DNA of 63,982 nt, filler included, from Octopus bimaculoides (GCF_001194135.2; 6 parts of 5 records of this genome joined end to end with filler, not necessarily neighbours in it); one strand, 5' to 3'; counted from the first letter of the whole stretch, positions 22,544 through 36,764 are shown. A program made the numbers and translations. Notes: generated from the sequence alone by a model not told the origin.

Positions 22544-22545
<2 letters not shown>
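22225..22545 (+). mobile_element. R4/Dong-clade 3' end followed by (TAA)n at 22546-22600
   Basis: EIEVTKMWGMKSSTGPVVIGTLGLIKKGLDKHL...LQKIVLLGSAHTLRRVFSMR*. Confidence 0.85.
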
Positions 22546-22601
<56 letters not shown>

Positions 22602-23102
22602 TGGACGGGCGCTGAATAACAAACATGGACATGCTACACTGGGCTCCCCATTCAAACACAAATCTAATCCAATAACATCGATGGAATTAGATAAAGGAAC
22701 CTGTGGTAGACTTGAAGGAAGCTGTCTTTGAACGAAAATAATAATTAAAAAAACGAAATTTTACTGCCATACAAAGCACAGTTTCTCCTACGCACGATGT
22801 CTCAGGGAAACATATGCGAAACACACACGCGAAATCAACACCGGAAAGTTTACAAATTATAAAATAGAAATGGAACAAAACCGTAAGTACATAAATTGAG
22901 TAATTACGCATACACTCGAATGTCTACACAATCATACATACATTTTGATACCCATAGGACTACAAATACACCTCAATGTTTACACAACTACTTGAAATTT
23001 ACAGGACACACACTCACGCATATGAAAACACGTGTCACAAACGAAGCAAAGACCAAAAACAAAACGTTTTTTTTATTTTTCGAACTAACACAGACACAGT
23101 GA

Positions 23103-23219
23103 ACCATTCATAAGTTTAAAAACACCAGATAAAAATATCAACAAAAAAAAAACAGACGAAACCATTCATAAGTTTAAAAACACCAGATAAACATATCAAC
23201 AAAACAAAATACAGACGAA
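23103..23219. repeat. 58-bp tandem duplication
   Basis: ACCATTCATAAGTTTAAAAACACCAGATAAA... at 23103 and 23161. Confidence 0.9.
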
Positions 23220-23459
23220 TACAGATTTGTTAGTCTTAAGAAGCTAGGGTACGAGTAATGTTTACATGCAGAGAACTTGTTGACAGTGTTGTCTCAAAAA
23301 ACTGACCCTAAACAGACAAATACGTCCCCTAATGTCAACGTAGAAGCTCGTCATACCTCAATGATAACAAAGCAAATTACAAACCAGATTAGTCGTCGAC
23401 CGGATCACAAAGGGCCACGTACTCCATATAGGTCTGTTAGCCTTAAAAAGCTGCATTAG

Positions 23460-24600
23460 GAGCAATGGTTACATGCAGAGAACTCGGAGACAACTCAAGG
23501 GCGTACTAGCGATTGTTAAACAATTTTGTGATGACATCAGGATGCAATTTGGCCTCGAGAAATGTGCAAAAGCTGCCTTTATCAAAGGAAAATTGACAGA
23601 AACATCTAACGTTAACCTTGACCAGTAAAATGTCATAAAAGAATTAGAACCAGTGGAGAGCTACAAATACCTAAGGGTAATTGAAGGGGACGGGATCAAA
23701 CATGCAGTGATGAGGGAAAAGATCAGAAGAGAATGTTATCCCAGGGTGAAAGCAATAGTGAAGTCAGAGCTGAATGCAAAAAACAGGATCGAAGTAATCA
23801 TTGCTTTAGCCATACCATCGTGACTTACAGTCTCAATATCATTAACTGGTCAATTACTGAAATATGTAATCTCGACAGAAAGATATGAAAACTTTTGACA
23901 ATGCACCACCCTAAAGTAAATACAGAACGACTTTATCTGCCAAGAAAAGAGGGAGGCTGTGGACTTTTACAATTGGCATTAACAATGATGATTGCCACGG
24001 TTGGCCTAGACACCTACCTGAAAACTCTGAGGACTGGATGCTAAAACTTGTCTCAAAGCATGAAAACAAGAAAGCATCGTACTCAGTAACAAAACAGGCA
24101 AAGGAATATCTAACTGAATGCAACAAATTCCAGAATTAGACGTACTAGAAACAAATGCAGAAAAAGCTAAGCGCATGAAAACCCGTGCTAAAACTGCTGC
24201 CTCAGATATCCTGACTGATAAATGGCAAGAAAAACCACTCAATGGCAAATACCCAACGAGAACGAATAATGCCGATGTTGACAAAGCCGTTATCCATCAA
24301 TGGCTAACAGCTTCTCGTTTAAAATCAGAAACAGAAGGGTTTATCCTCGCAGCCCAAGGCCAATGCCTACCTACAAGGAACTACCAGGCCAACACATTAA
24401 AGAACGGCAGCTCCCCAATATGCCGTGTATGTCAACAACAAAATGAAACCGTTGATCATGTTGTCTCCATGTGCAGTTTTCTTGCGCCTACACAGTATCT
24501 TAACAGGCGTAATAGAGCTGCACAGGGTAATCTGCAAAACCTGGAATTGCCCATGATAAAAACTGGTCGGAACACAAACCACCTCCAGTGCTTGAAAATT
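23460..24600 (+). mobile_element. R4/Dong-clade fragment: RT C-terminal part to the CCHC finger
   Basis: DDIRMQFGLEKCAK, HQWLTASRLKSETEGFILAAQGQCLPTRNY, CRVCQQQNETVDHVVSMC. Confidence 0.88.
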
Positions 24601-24601
24601 A

Positions 24602-25440
24602 TCACATCTCACTCTCCTTCATGCAACTAGCCAACACGTCATGTATATCTTCAGCTATTATCGGCATTTCGCAGAATACGTCCCTGGCCGAAAGCCGCGG
24701 CATGCCATCAAGGTAGGGAGTGAAGTTCACCTCCACCTCCGGGCCACCGCGCGCCCCGTATAGTTCAGCAAAGTGCCGCTGAAATTCTTCGACTCGTGTA
24801 GCATACGCCCGTCCCAACCCCTCAAGGACTGAATTGTAGTTTTATTACCACGTTGCGCCTCGACCACCCGGGCTCATCGAAAGGCTTTCGTTCCCTCCTG
24901 CTTTAGAGCACGTGCAACCTTCATGCTTGGTGTTGAAGAATTGGTTCAGAACTAATCTCGCTGCCAGCACGTCGGTCGCTGTGGCTCTACTGAGTACCTC
25001 TTCTAATTTCCGAACTAGGACTCCCTCTACTCTAGTCTTCTCTATCACTAGTTCTCTGCTAAATTCTACTGCTTCTACTCTAATCGACCGTTTTAGGACC
25101 CCCACCATCGGTTGTCGACGACTGCACCAGTCAACTTTCGATGGACTAACTTGCTAAGCCGGTCTCTGAAAGCTTGACGCACCGGGAAGGATGCGTCCAG
25201 CTTCCAGTATCCGGGACCCTGTCTATGGAGTCTATCTAGGTCTGTATAGTTGACGAATTCAAATTGTAGACACCTTATGCAATTCCTATCTGCTGGCCTA
25301 CAAAATACGCTATCTAGATAAAATCTGGATGACCCGACACTGTTTTCCCATGTCCACACTCGAGTGATAGGGAAATTTAGTCTGAGCCTGTCCGACAGCT
25401 GGAAATAACTGAGCAGGTCTGCGAGGCTTGCGCACTCCAC
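24602..25440 (-). mobile_element. Tx1/L1-clade ORF2 fragment: end of the APE endonuclease and linker
   Basis: FYLDSVFCR, GPGYWKLDAS, then linker (YATRVEEFQRHFAELYG..., MPRLSARD...PIIAEDI) homologous to 6280-6600. Confidence 0.82.
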
Positions 25441-26330
25441 TTTCCTCTCCGCTTAACATGAATGACAAGGGGTTTGCAGAAAGTATAAACAACATCACAG
25501 AGAGACTGTCTCCTTGGAATAGCCTTTGCGATATTGTATTCTATCGGGGATAATACAGTCATTCTTTGTGTTTAATTTCAATATGGTGGCGCACGATGAA
25601 GTCAGGTCAGCTATGGCTTTGACTATTCTCACTGGAACTTTAGCAAGTTGAAGGGCTTTTAGCATCCATGAGTGGGGAACAGAATCAAAGGCTTTCTTGC
25701 AATCAAGCCCCATTGAAACTAGGTTCCTCCAATGCTCTCGCACCTGCGACATCAGTTTTGTTGATTAACAATTGTTGGGCATATCCCCAGACTCCCTTCT
25801 TCACAGCTGCTTGTTCTCCTGTGATAATAATATTGGTTTCACAATGGTCCTGGAGGAAGATGTTTCAACATACTACATATATCTTATACATTAAGTTTAG
25901 GCATGCAATTGGCCGGTAGTCTTTTGCCATGTGGGTGGTTCTGCATTTAGGGATCAATTTTGTCTCTGCCAGAGCTAACCAGTGTGGTATGCTACTGTTC
26001 CCAATGAAAGCTTGCTGGTACAGATTGATAATATATGGTCGGTATAATGTTAGCTTCTTGTACTAATATCCAACAATCGAGTCTCTTCCAGGTGCTTTTC
26101 CATCCTGAAGTTTCTGCATCTCAGTTGCAAGAGTTTCACCATCAATGCTGTATGTGTTGTATGTAACGCAGGAGCAAAATTTTTTTCGGATTTCTTCCAG
26201 CCACAGAGCATCTTGGTTAAATTCCTCCTCTTCACTCCAGACTTTCCTCCAGAAGGAGTCTATGTCTTCTTGTGAAGTAACTTCCGTGATATTTACTGCT
26301 CCTCCTTTCATGTCTCTGTATACTGCTGCC
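25440..26330 (-). mobile_element. R4/Dong-clade fragment: N-terminal part of the RT
   Basis: IDSFWRKVWS, KAPGRDSI, RPIACLNLMYKIY, DCKKAFDSVPHSWMLKAL, QGDSL. Confidence 0.85.
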
Positions 26331-26344
26331 TTGTTGCACTACAG

Positions 26345-26620
26345 TCATACCAAAGACGCCACAGACACACCAATATATGCCCACAACACCACAGACACAT
26401 CCAACAACACCACAGACACATCCACAACACAATAGACATATCCACAACACCACTGACACACCCACAATACTTCAGACACACCTTCAACTTAACTCATAAT
26501 ACCATATATACACCCGCAGCATCACAGACACGCCCATATCACAGATATGCCCTCAACACCAAGACACACCCACAACACCACAAGACCAACACACCACAAC
26601 ACTTCTACAACATCGCACAC
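26345..26620. repeat. Degenerate minisatellite of about 20 bp (CACAACACCACAGACACAC-like)
   Basis: More than 8 recognisable imperfect units. Confidence 0.85.
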
Positions 26621-27143
26621 TCATTTTTTGTGTAGAAATTTAGTCGATCAAGGTTGATCATATTTGCGCTGGTATACACAAACTCTAAAGCATTTTTTTG
26701 TTAGGTAAGCCGGTAGTTGCTCACGCAAACAAGGCTCCTCTGTCTATGCTATTGATATTATCCAAGAGAAAGCTTGCAGACCTGAACCATCATTCGTTCG
26801 CATCACTACAAATAACTTTCTTATCCTGCAACTCTTAAGAAACAAACCACCACTCACCAACACATTTCAATCAGTTGCCTACCGAGGAACTATGCCCCTT
26901 CATTGTTTCTTTTGTCATTAGTAACACTAACAATAACCTCAAAACTAAAATATATTTTGTTGTTAGGTCGCCATATTTTTCCATACTAGCCGTCCCTAAA
27001 GAGCACGCGGTGTTACTTAACCGTATATTAACTAACTCCCAGTTTTAGTAACCAGCACGAATCCGATTGATAAGATCAGTTATAAGGCATCCGTCAGACT
27101 GCTTACTTTAATAAATATACGTATTTATTATATACGTACGTAC

Positions 27144-27174
<31 letters not shown>

Positions 27175-27457
27175 TGTATGTATGTATGTATTGATAACGT
27201 TGTTTACAATTGTATAGGTATATTCTGTTGTGCACTGCATTACTGAAACTAGAAAAGACACTTTGGAGATTGCACTCGTAGACATCAAAAAAACAAACTC
27301 GGTACAATTATGGCTGGAATACTTAATGATCAACTTAGTAGGATCGGCCCATGGGCTAAACAACAACACACGCAACATATGAACACCTATGCGGTCATTG
27401 GGTTTATCAGAATTAACGATCAAATCTCTCTTTGTCTCTCTCTCCCTCTCTCTCTCC

Positions 27458-27491
<34 letters not shown>

Positions 27492-28083
27492 AGTTATCTG
27501 ACTATCTGTTTCTCAACTCGTATCCATCATTTTTTTTTTAAATCATAGGACGACATATTGTGCTAATAATGTAGCTCGCGAAATACAGCGTCTGTAATAA
27601 AAAAAAAGACGATACGATCACAGCTGCGATGTGATTTCTCCTAATTCGACTGGATCAGCATCGATAACTGGGTAGATATCAACATCCATCATCATCATCA
27701 ACAACAACAACTACGACGATGAATACAACTGCAACAACAGTAACAACGTAGTAACAGGTGTTAGAGCAATACAGATATTTTATATTACATAATTATGTAA
27801 GTAAACCTGGAAACAGCTTTTGTTCCAGAATAAGTGTGTGAGTGGGGTGTCGGTCTTCATATAATACTTGCGTATGAATGTATACATGTATACGTATATA
27901 AATATATACATATATGTGTGTGTGTGTGTNNNNNNNNNNNNNNNNNNNNNNNNNNNNNNNNNNNNNNNNNNNNTTAATTAATTAANNNNNNNNNNNNNNN
28001 NNNNNNNNNNNNNNNNNNNNNNNNNNNNNATTATTATTATTATTATTATTAATGTTGTTGTAGTAGTGGTGGTGGTGGTAGTA

Positions 28084-28155
<72 letters not shown>

Positions 28156-28259
28156 ATTTAGAGCAATACAAACGACATTAGAGATTTACATTAACATGTG
28201 TCAACAATAAAATCAATAAGAATTAATTAAAAAAATTGTATCAAAATTCCCCAATAAGA

Positions 28260-29040
28260 GAGAGTACTACCATAGATATGCAAGGAACCTCACTAATCCT
28301 GGATCACATTGAGTACCTCTCCATTTTGCAGGCGCCAGCTTAGAGTAGGCCAAAACACTCGCACCATCCTCACCACATTCTCCCACCCTTCATGTATTGA
28401 GGTAGGGGCTATACCTCCCTCTCAATATTCACCTTCCTTTGCAAATGGAACTTAAAATGTCTATGAGGGTTTGGCCGAAAAGGAAAGCGTTTGTTTTCAG
28501 TCCTTTTTGCCTCGTCCACCATACAACCTCTTTCGCCATCGCCCCTAGGTAGCGGAAAAAACTCTCTGCCCTTCTCGATCAAAAAAGAGGCGGCGAAGCA
28601 GCTTTCAGAATGGAAGCAGACGCTAGTCGGATCCGTCCCACACCTAACTGCAGCTGTTCGACATAACTCCACAAGTTAGCAATGTTCGCTACTGTACAGT
28701 TTCGTGGCATTTCAAGCAGGACTGGCTGACGGCGCTACCATGCATACAGATTTTATCTTTCCTTAACCGACAACGTCCCCTCGGCAGCCCTGCCAGGCCA
28801 GGGATTTCTAGAAATTTTCCATAAGCCCTGAACTGGAAAGCCCTCTGGTATAGACCAGACAACTGATTCTTATCAACGTCTATAAATTCCCCGAGGACAT
28901 CGTCGCTCTTACCCGCCACTAATCCTATATAGAACACCACGAAGAAGCTTACAGCGACCGCATTGCCCGACTACTAGAAGACTATGAGCATCTGATTACT
29001 CTAGGGTCTATCTCAGGCTGCGCTTGATCCAGGGCTGCAG
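28260..29040 (-). mobile_element. Tx1/L1-clade ORF2 C-terminal fragment (zf-RVT region), frameshifted
   Basis: FYIGLVAGKSDDVLGEFID...ENF*KSLAWQGCRG...CLKCHETVQ aligns by eye with FYSELVESMSEDALGETLG...LDNYQKSL at 4676-4830. Confidence 0.75.
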
Positions 29041-31314
29041 TTCTATCATAAAGACGTGCTGTGGAAAGTGATTCCAACAAACGGCGACCGCAGGTGCTCA
29101 CCGTCGAGAAGTGATGATGTCAGCCTCAGTGTACATTTATACAGCATTCGCCACCGCATGCCTATCCTTCCACGCTTTCAGCCATCCAATTTCTGTACAG
29201 ATATCTTGTATTCTAAATCTACACTCGTACGTTTTATTTCATGTCCTTAAAAAGAATTCTCTTAAATACTATTTATCCTTTAATTTACGTTCTCATTTAT
29301 TTCAACTTCTATGGCGATTCTTTCTTTTTCTATCTGTATTCATTTCACTAACTAAGTCTCACCCGTTACATAAAATCGATCAGTTTAGACCCAACATGTT
29401 GGGTGGTAGGTGTTAGTATGAAATTATTGGGTGCACCATCGATTAATCTTACAGAGAATTAGTTATTTTAAGAACGAGCATAACATGCTTGACCACTAAT
29501 CTTCGCAAGGAAAGCCAGAATCAATTGGTATGAAAGGAGAAGGAGAAAAGTAAATGAATAGGAAACGAAAAGTTCAGTGTAGTTGATAGTTAATGAGATA
29601 GATGAGAAAACGCCTAGGATGAAGTGACATGGAAGTTTTTCGGTTTCGGTGTTTGAAATAAAGTTGAAGAAATAAATGAACTAAAAGATGGTTTGGAGTT
29701 GTATTTTGAAAAAAATTACAAAAAAGATGGGTTTACAAGAAAATTAATCATTTATAGATTTATACAGATTATAGATGCCCCCCTATGTTACCATAGGAAC
29801 ATAGCAAGGATGATGAAGGCAATGATTCGATAGTGAAGTCAGAATGAGATCGAAACATCTACAAAGTTTTTCGAACATTGATCATTTATCAATTTTGTGT
29901 ATTTTCTTGAACGGAAGGTTTTTCTAACTGCCTTTCTTAATGTAACTTACATTAAATACGTTAACACAAACTTAACTGTTGTTTTTCATGTGGGTGGCAT
30001 CTCTGAATACATGTATTGTCTAAAGAAGTTTTGTTTTCTACGCCAACCGCTTACATTCTTGCGCATTGACTTAGCGATTCTCCCGTCACAACTTCGGGAT
30101 GTACAGTGAATTCTATGCTTCGCTGATGACGTAACGAAACTGGAACTTGTATGAAGTTGTCTCCCACGTTTGCTGAAAAAATTAAAACCATCCCAGTGAT
30201 AATAATCTTTTATTAGCTTTATAATGTTTCATACAGTAAATATGTATAAATTATCATAACGATTATCGCCTTCTCTATTATGTTCTCTCAATATATTAAT
30301 ATAATATAGTCCACGAGTTTGAAATAAGAACTATTTATACTTCCAACAGAAATCCAATATATTTGCTTTTTCAGTAAATCCCTTGTATATCAGCCAAAAA
30401 CCTACCAGTATAGTTTCATTATTTTTCTGTTGAAATCTTCTTAAATATATTCCTTTACAAAATATTCCCAGCTTGTCATTAAATTATACATTTTGCTTTC
30501 TGTTTTATCATTTTTATTTTGTTTTATCCTGGTCAAATATAAGCTGAAACAATGCAATTCCTTTGGGTTTTTCGTTTTTCCGAAGTTTCTATTAAAAAGA
30601 AAGTGAATTCATGCCACGTCTAACATAATGAACAGTTTCAACATGCCATTTTGTGTTATTTCTATATTTGTATTATCCTTGCATTTATGTTAGAAATAGC
30701 TAACCAAAGAAATATCTGTTATTCCACCGATAACGAAAATATACCATCCGTTCACGTGATAAATTGCTAGAATATTCTACATTTTCATTTCTTATATGTT
30801 CAATGTTGTTGCTTTCTGTGTAGCTGGTTGTAACTGATGGCTGTGTGAAAATGTGTCCAGATTCATTTCGACAAAATTACTTGGATATCTATCAAACTGA
30901 TAAATTTTGCTCTGGCAAGCATCACCATTAAAAGTTCAAATAAACGTTCAACGGGACTAAAAATATCTGAAAGAAGCCAAAGTTTCATCGTATAACGGAT
31001 GAACTAAAATGTACTGATCTAATTAGTGGATGCCTACATAAATATTATCTTCTTACTTAATATGAAAATCGTTAGAGCGCCAGAAAAAAAAAACAAAAAA
31101 CTTACAGTACTTAGTTGCTGATGTTTACGTTCTGATTTCAAATCTAAGATGAGTTTTCATCTATTTAAAATCGATAAAAATAAAGTATTAGCAAGTATTG
31201 TGATCGATTTAATCGAATATACTGATGTGCTCATCTGAGGCCTTTAATTAACTATGCCCTTGTGATCATACTCTCTCTGGTGGGCCATAATTTTAAATCA
31301 TAATAGTCCTACGG

Positions 31315-31560
31315 AGAGATGGTGAGTTGCCAGTGTCGTTAGAGCATCGAAAAAAATCCTTTCCGGTATCTGATTCATTATGTTTACGGTATCTGATTCT
31401 GTTCTGATTCTTTATGTTCTGAGTTCAAATCACGCCGAGGTCGACTTTGCCTCTCATCCCTCCGAACTTAAAATAAAATATCAATTAAGTACTGGAGTCG
31501 AAAGCATTGACAAACAACCTTCCCACAAAACTGTTGGCTGTGGACATAAATCATAAACCA
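31315..31560 (+). mobile_element. SINE family B, diverged
   Basis: GGTGAGTTGCCAG...GTTCTGAGTTCAAATCACGCCGAGGTCGACTTTGCC. Confidence 0.75.
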
Positions 31561-32519
31561 TTATCTTCCAACAAAATATAGGGAAAGGTCCAAAAACTCA
31601 AACTAAAAATTGAAGCTATGACTATGTCCAGGAATGTCTCTTCAGTATTTGCGTTCATCGCGGGCGGAATTTCCTACGGAGGGAATTGAATTATTCGTGA
31701 AATCATAAAAGTTCAGTTCATGCTTATTGGAGCAACGAGTCGTTCTTATCCTGGCGTATTTATCTACAGCCACATTGGCTGACCGATATGGGCGTCAAGT
31801 GTCTTCAGCGTAGACATAACGCTATGTCAAGAACTAGATTGTTTATCTGCTATTCTATCTACTTAGATAAATCCGCTTTCTTACAGAAAGAAAAGAAGAA
31901 ATCAATCCATCCATAAATGCAATTAATCTATAGGATCATTGGGATTACTCCTTTGTAATAATAAGTAGTGTTATATAAAACAAATAGGTCATAAGCGGTA
32001 GAGTTCACGTACGTGATATATTGAGTTGAAAAACATCGATGTAGAACGCTTTCTTGAATATTTATCTTCAGCCATATTGTGCACACTCTGTACTAACTAC
32101 AAGATTATTGTAGGTTGCGTGTCCCGAGAATCTTAGTGTTGTCATTTCTCTCACTTTAATTCAAATGTTCGGTCTACAAAACTATATATGAAAACGTTGG
32201 AAAGTCGCAGTGAAATAACACCCAGGTCCTACAATTTCTGAGTTTATAACTGATTTCAGCTTTATCTTTACACATGATTTTATCCGCCACAAGAACAAAG
32301 TCACAGAATGAATATTTAGAAACTGTACATACATACATACATACATACATAGTTTTTCCACGTGTGTACTGAGTTAGATGTACGACTGTAATTGGTGAAA
32401 TTAGAGGGAGGAAGTAGAAGAATGGTGAGCAACGAGAGGAAAAAAGAAAAAGAGGAAATACGAGGGGGAAAATATATATACATATATATATAGATAGATA
32501 TATGTATGTGTGTGAGTGT

Positions 32520-32636
32520 GTGAGTGTGTGTATGTTTGTGTGTCAGTATTTGTTCCCCCACCATCGCTTGACAACCGATATTGATGTGTTTACGACAAAA
32601 GAGACCGATAGGATAAGTAGTAGGTTTACAAAGAGC
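32520..32636 (+). mobile_element. SINE family A internal fragment
   Basis: CATCGCTTGACAACCGAT...GAGACCGATAGGATAAGTA. Confidence 0.75.
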
Positions 32637-33020
32637 AAGTGTCTGTGAAGTTTTGGGCCAAAACTGCTTGCAGCTGACCAAAAAGACACTGGGGTTTCAG
32701 TTTCACTAGATCTCCTTGATTGTATCGAGAACGATGAAAGCTTTCTGAAAACTTTGCGGAGGCCTCTGAGCAGGCAGCGCCAAGCTTTTGGCAAAATTTG
32801 ATGCAGATTCCCCGCTCAGCTTTCTCTGTCATGGTCAATGCAAAGATCACACGCTACACACCTTTCTTCCAAGCACTGCTGTACACAGCAGAAGTGTGCT
32901 AGAACAATGAAACTTAGTGCACATGCACAACAGAGTTCAAGGTCAATCTGTGTTAAGTGGCTTTACTCTGCATGCCTTCGTGACTATGATAACAGTCCTG
33001 ATACTTATTAATCAGACCAC
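32636..33020. mobile_element. Rearranged mariner transposase remnant with one TIR
   Basis: Minus strand: TIR TACGTGGTCTGATTAATAAGTATCAGGAC and MTEKAERGICIKFCQKLG; plus strand: frameshifted SVKF..KLLAADQKDT.VSVSLDLLDCIENDESFLKT. Confidence 0.75.
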
Positions 33021-33032
33021 GTATATATGTAT

Positions 33033-33098
<66 letters not shown>

Positions 33099-33140
33099 TT
33101 AGATAGATAGGTGTATAGACACATACGCACATAAAGAGAA

Positions 33141-33192
<52 letters not shown>

Positions 33193-33987
33193 AATAGGTT
33201 CGAACAAAATGGGTTGTAACAAAATGGGTTGTACAGCAGTAATGGGCATAGTCAAACATAATACGAACGTGGTTTGTTTTCGTTATTTCAATTGCGTTAT
33301 ATCTCTTAAAGTAGGATTAAACTATTAGACATTTCCACTAATTGTTGCAACATAATTAATCAATTCCAGACACATAGTGCAACTGGGATCAATTTATTTC
33401 CCTTTCTAATTCATTGATGAGATACGCAGTAGGTCCTGGCGTTATAATATCCGTTTTTAATCAAGGCACGTAACTCTTGCTGGCATTGTTCAACCATTTA
33501 TAAATTTATGTTGTTGTTCATTCGATTGAAGTCAGGCGAGAACTACAAGATTTTCCCTCAGCTTTTCCTGTTGTAACCATCACATTCTGCTTTTTTGTTC
33601 CTTTAAAATTGCATCATTAAAGGCAGATTTAGCTGTTATTTCTAGCAGATCGAGCAACCAGCTAAGCTCCTTGGTTCCATCTGCAAATAGATGCCATTCG
33701 TAGCTCTCCACTGGGAGAAACAGTGTCACTCACTGTTCCCGTAGGCTGAAATGCCAAGCTCAATGGTTTGGTTTGACTTCGATACACTAAATGGCATTTT
33801 GTTACTTCTACATTCATGTTAAAATAGTCCCCAGTCCAAGAGCTACACCATCAATAACTATGTCAGGTTGTGAAATAATGGAAAATATAAGAGCAACCAA
33901 CTTTAAATGTATGCTTAAGAAGTAAGGGAAGCGCACATTACCTACGTAGTAACTATGAGATTGGTATGCGGCGGACAATAAGACTTG

Positions 33988-34248
33988 TAGGGCTCGGAAA
34001 CGAAATTTGTTTAGTGGGTGCAAATCGAAGTCCCAAATTTTTACAAATAAGGTCATGCTTATTTATTGATTTATTTATGTCCTTTGAGAAGAAACTTAAT
34101 TCAAGTACTTTTTTACAGGTCACTTTTTACTCACTGTTTTCTATACCTGAAAAAAGTAAGTAGGGGGTGCAAATTTTGATTTTGCACTCCACAAATCTTT
34201 TAGTGGGTGCAAACACCCCCCACCTGCATCCCCTGTTCTCGGGCCCTG
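33988..34248. mobile_element. Putative hAT-like MITE
   Basis: Imperfect TIRs TAGGGCTCGGAAAC / GTTCTCGGGCCCTG; no clear TSD. Confidence 0.45.
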
Positions 34249-34268
34249 AGTTACTATAATAGGAAACG

Positions 34269-34430
34269 TGAAGGCGCGTGGCCTAGTGGTTATGGTGTTG
34301 CTCTCAGGATCGCAAGATCATGATTTCGATTCCCAGACCGGCTGTGCATTGTGTTCTTGATCAAAACACTTCATATCACGTTGCTCCAGTCCACTCAAGT
34401 GTAAATGAGTAACCCTGCGGCGGGATAGCA
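34269..34430 (+). mobile_element. SINE family C, 5' part
   Basis: GAAGGCGCGTGGCCTAGTGGTT...TTTCGATTCCCAGACCGG. Confidence 0.82.
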
Positions 34431-34639
34431 TCGTGTTCAAAGGGAATGTTTTGATCCAGGTCACTTATATGCCACGGAAACGCCTTATCAATTTTAAGAC
34501 TCGAGGCTGTAATATAAATATTAGAAAACAAAGCACCGACATATCCTCAAACCAGATATCTGCTCCGAATACCTGTAGCAGAGTAGAATCTGTTAAAGAC
34601 ACCCCAGAGTCAGAAGATTATAGTAAATCGAGTAATGAA

Positions 34640-35050
34640 TTATATTTACTACCCTTTTCATCTTTTCGGAGTCGATTATATAAGTACCAGTTACGCACTG
34701 GGGTCGATATAATCGACTTAATCCGTTTGCCTGTCCTTGTTTGTCCCCTTGTGTGTAGCCCTTTGTGGGCAGTAAAGAAATAGGAAACTGAAAGAAGCCC
34801 GTCGTATATATGTATAGATATGTATATGTGTGTGTGTATATGTTTGTGTGTCTGTGTTTGTCTCCCCAACATCGTTTGAAACTGATAGTCGTGTGTTTAC
34901 GTCCCAGTAACTTAGCGGTTCGGCAAACAGACCGATAGAATAAGTACTAAGCTTACAAAGAATAAGTTGGGGTCGATTTGCTCGACTAAAGGCGGTGCTC
35001 CAGCATGGTCACAGTCAAATGACTGAAACAAGTAAAAGAGTAAAAGAGTT
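34640..35050 (+). mobile_element. SINE B 3' half (tail type 1) fused to a 5'-truncated SINE A
   Basis: B tail ...GTGGGCAGTAAAGAAATA runs into the A body GGAAACTGAAAGAAGCCCG. Confidence 0.85.
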
Positions 35051-35844
35051 TATATTTTATATTTTAAATTACATATATATGGGTGGTGGGGTACCAAATC
35101 TTTTAAGTGCACGGGGCCTTTATGGGTTATAATCTAGCTCTGCTCCGGACATATTTCCCTGGCGTCCTCGCATTATATATAGTATTCATCCCTAATTTTT
35201 TTTCAACCATCAGAATAACTTGGGAATTATGAAAGAAAAGGTTTCTATTACTCAGATGGTCTAACTAAGAGTTTGAAAATGAGCATGGATGTTTAGGACA
35301 AATCTATGAAAATGCTTTGGATAGGTAAAGGGTTAACTGAATCCTGTAGATCTAATTCACTTTCGAAGATAAACGAAGCTGCTTTCACCATCACTGTTAT
35401 ATATACAGTGTGCAATGCATCGGTTTCTACCTTAGAGCAATGTAATTTTATAATTCCTGTGTGTATTTAGAAAATCGATTTATAAGATGTGAAGCATCTT
35501 ATAAAAGTGGGAAAATTTTTCTCTTTAATTTCTTCAATGAAAATATAACGAACTGACATAAAGCGAACAATTACAAAATTTACATAATAGAATGAAAGAT
35601 TTAGTTCTCTTAAACTAATTGCAAAACAGCTAGCCATTATTAACACGTATTTTAGTATTCATTGTTAATAGTCTGAGATTGAATCAAATATGAAGGTCAA
35701 ACAGTGCGTAGCTAAGGGTTTATTGAGTTGGATGTGATTTCAAAGCGACTGATTTCAAGTGACTGGATATAATAACTACGATGAACTTTCAAGGTAGAAA
35801 GTGTGTGTACGTGTGTGAGAAAGAAAGAGTGAGAGAGAGAGAGG

Positions 35845-35889
<45 letters not shown>

Positions 35890-36277
35890 CGGGTGGGAGA
35901 GACGAGAAAGGTGACAGAGAATATGTTTGTGACGTGAGAAACCAATATGATGCAAGCAAATAGTTCCGTACAAGAGCGAATTGTAAATGATTTGCAGGAG
36001 TTCAAATAGCTGTACTGATAGTGTGCCAGCAAAAGAAGCACTGCTGGACCAATCAATTATTGATGACTGCTGTTCAAGGATCTTTTGCTTCTGGTGATAA
36101 AGTGATCAAGGAAATGATCGATATTATACCTGGGCGGTAGAGAATAGTAGCTGAGTGCCGCTGTTGATGACGTCATTTGGAAGGTGGCTTATCAGATTAA
36201 GTGTCGGCAGCTTATGTTCAGTAACCCGAGATACATTAATTTCTCACATCGCACCCTAATGTTTGTGTGTATATGTT

Positions 36278-36312
<35 letters not shown>

Positions 36313-36322
36313 NNNNNNNNNN

Positions 36323-36372
<50 letters not shown>

Positions 36373-36764
36373 CACACATAAAATATGTTTGCGTGTGCCA
36401 CTCTTTCTCTTTTTCTTTCTCAATATATAGTGGATATGTGTGTGTGTATGTGTGTGCGCGTGTGTGTTACGTATAGGCGTAGGCATAGATTTGTGCTTGA
36501 GAAGTTTAATTTGCAGCAACCAAATGGTTGTTAGTTCGAACTCGCTGCAATTGGTAACGCAATCAGCCAGCATGTTGCAGATATTTTTTCCGACAAGATT
36601 AGTTCACTTATTCGTCTTAGGTATGCTCGTAAACAATTTATAAATAATTCATATCAAAAATCTTAAGCACTTACTTTATAATATATTTCTATTTATCGTT
36701 CCAGAGTTTTCCCTAAGTTTCATCAACAAAAAATGCAATCATTTATGTACAACAAATGAAAGGA

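Noticed and set aside
26345-26620. CRISPR-like repeat array
   Set aside because: Degenerate low-complexity minisatellite without unique spacers, in a eukaryotic context
30120-30150. CTGATGA-CGTAAC-GAAAC hammerhead-like string
   Set aside because: No credible stem II, no stem III and no NUH triplet
30820-30930. Possible exon after TGTGTAG (LVVTDGCVKMCP…)
   Set aside because: No donor site, an in-frame stop follows, and no recognisable homology
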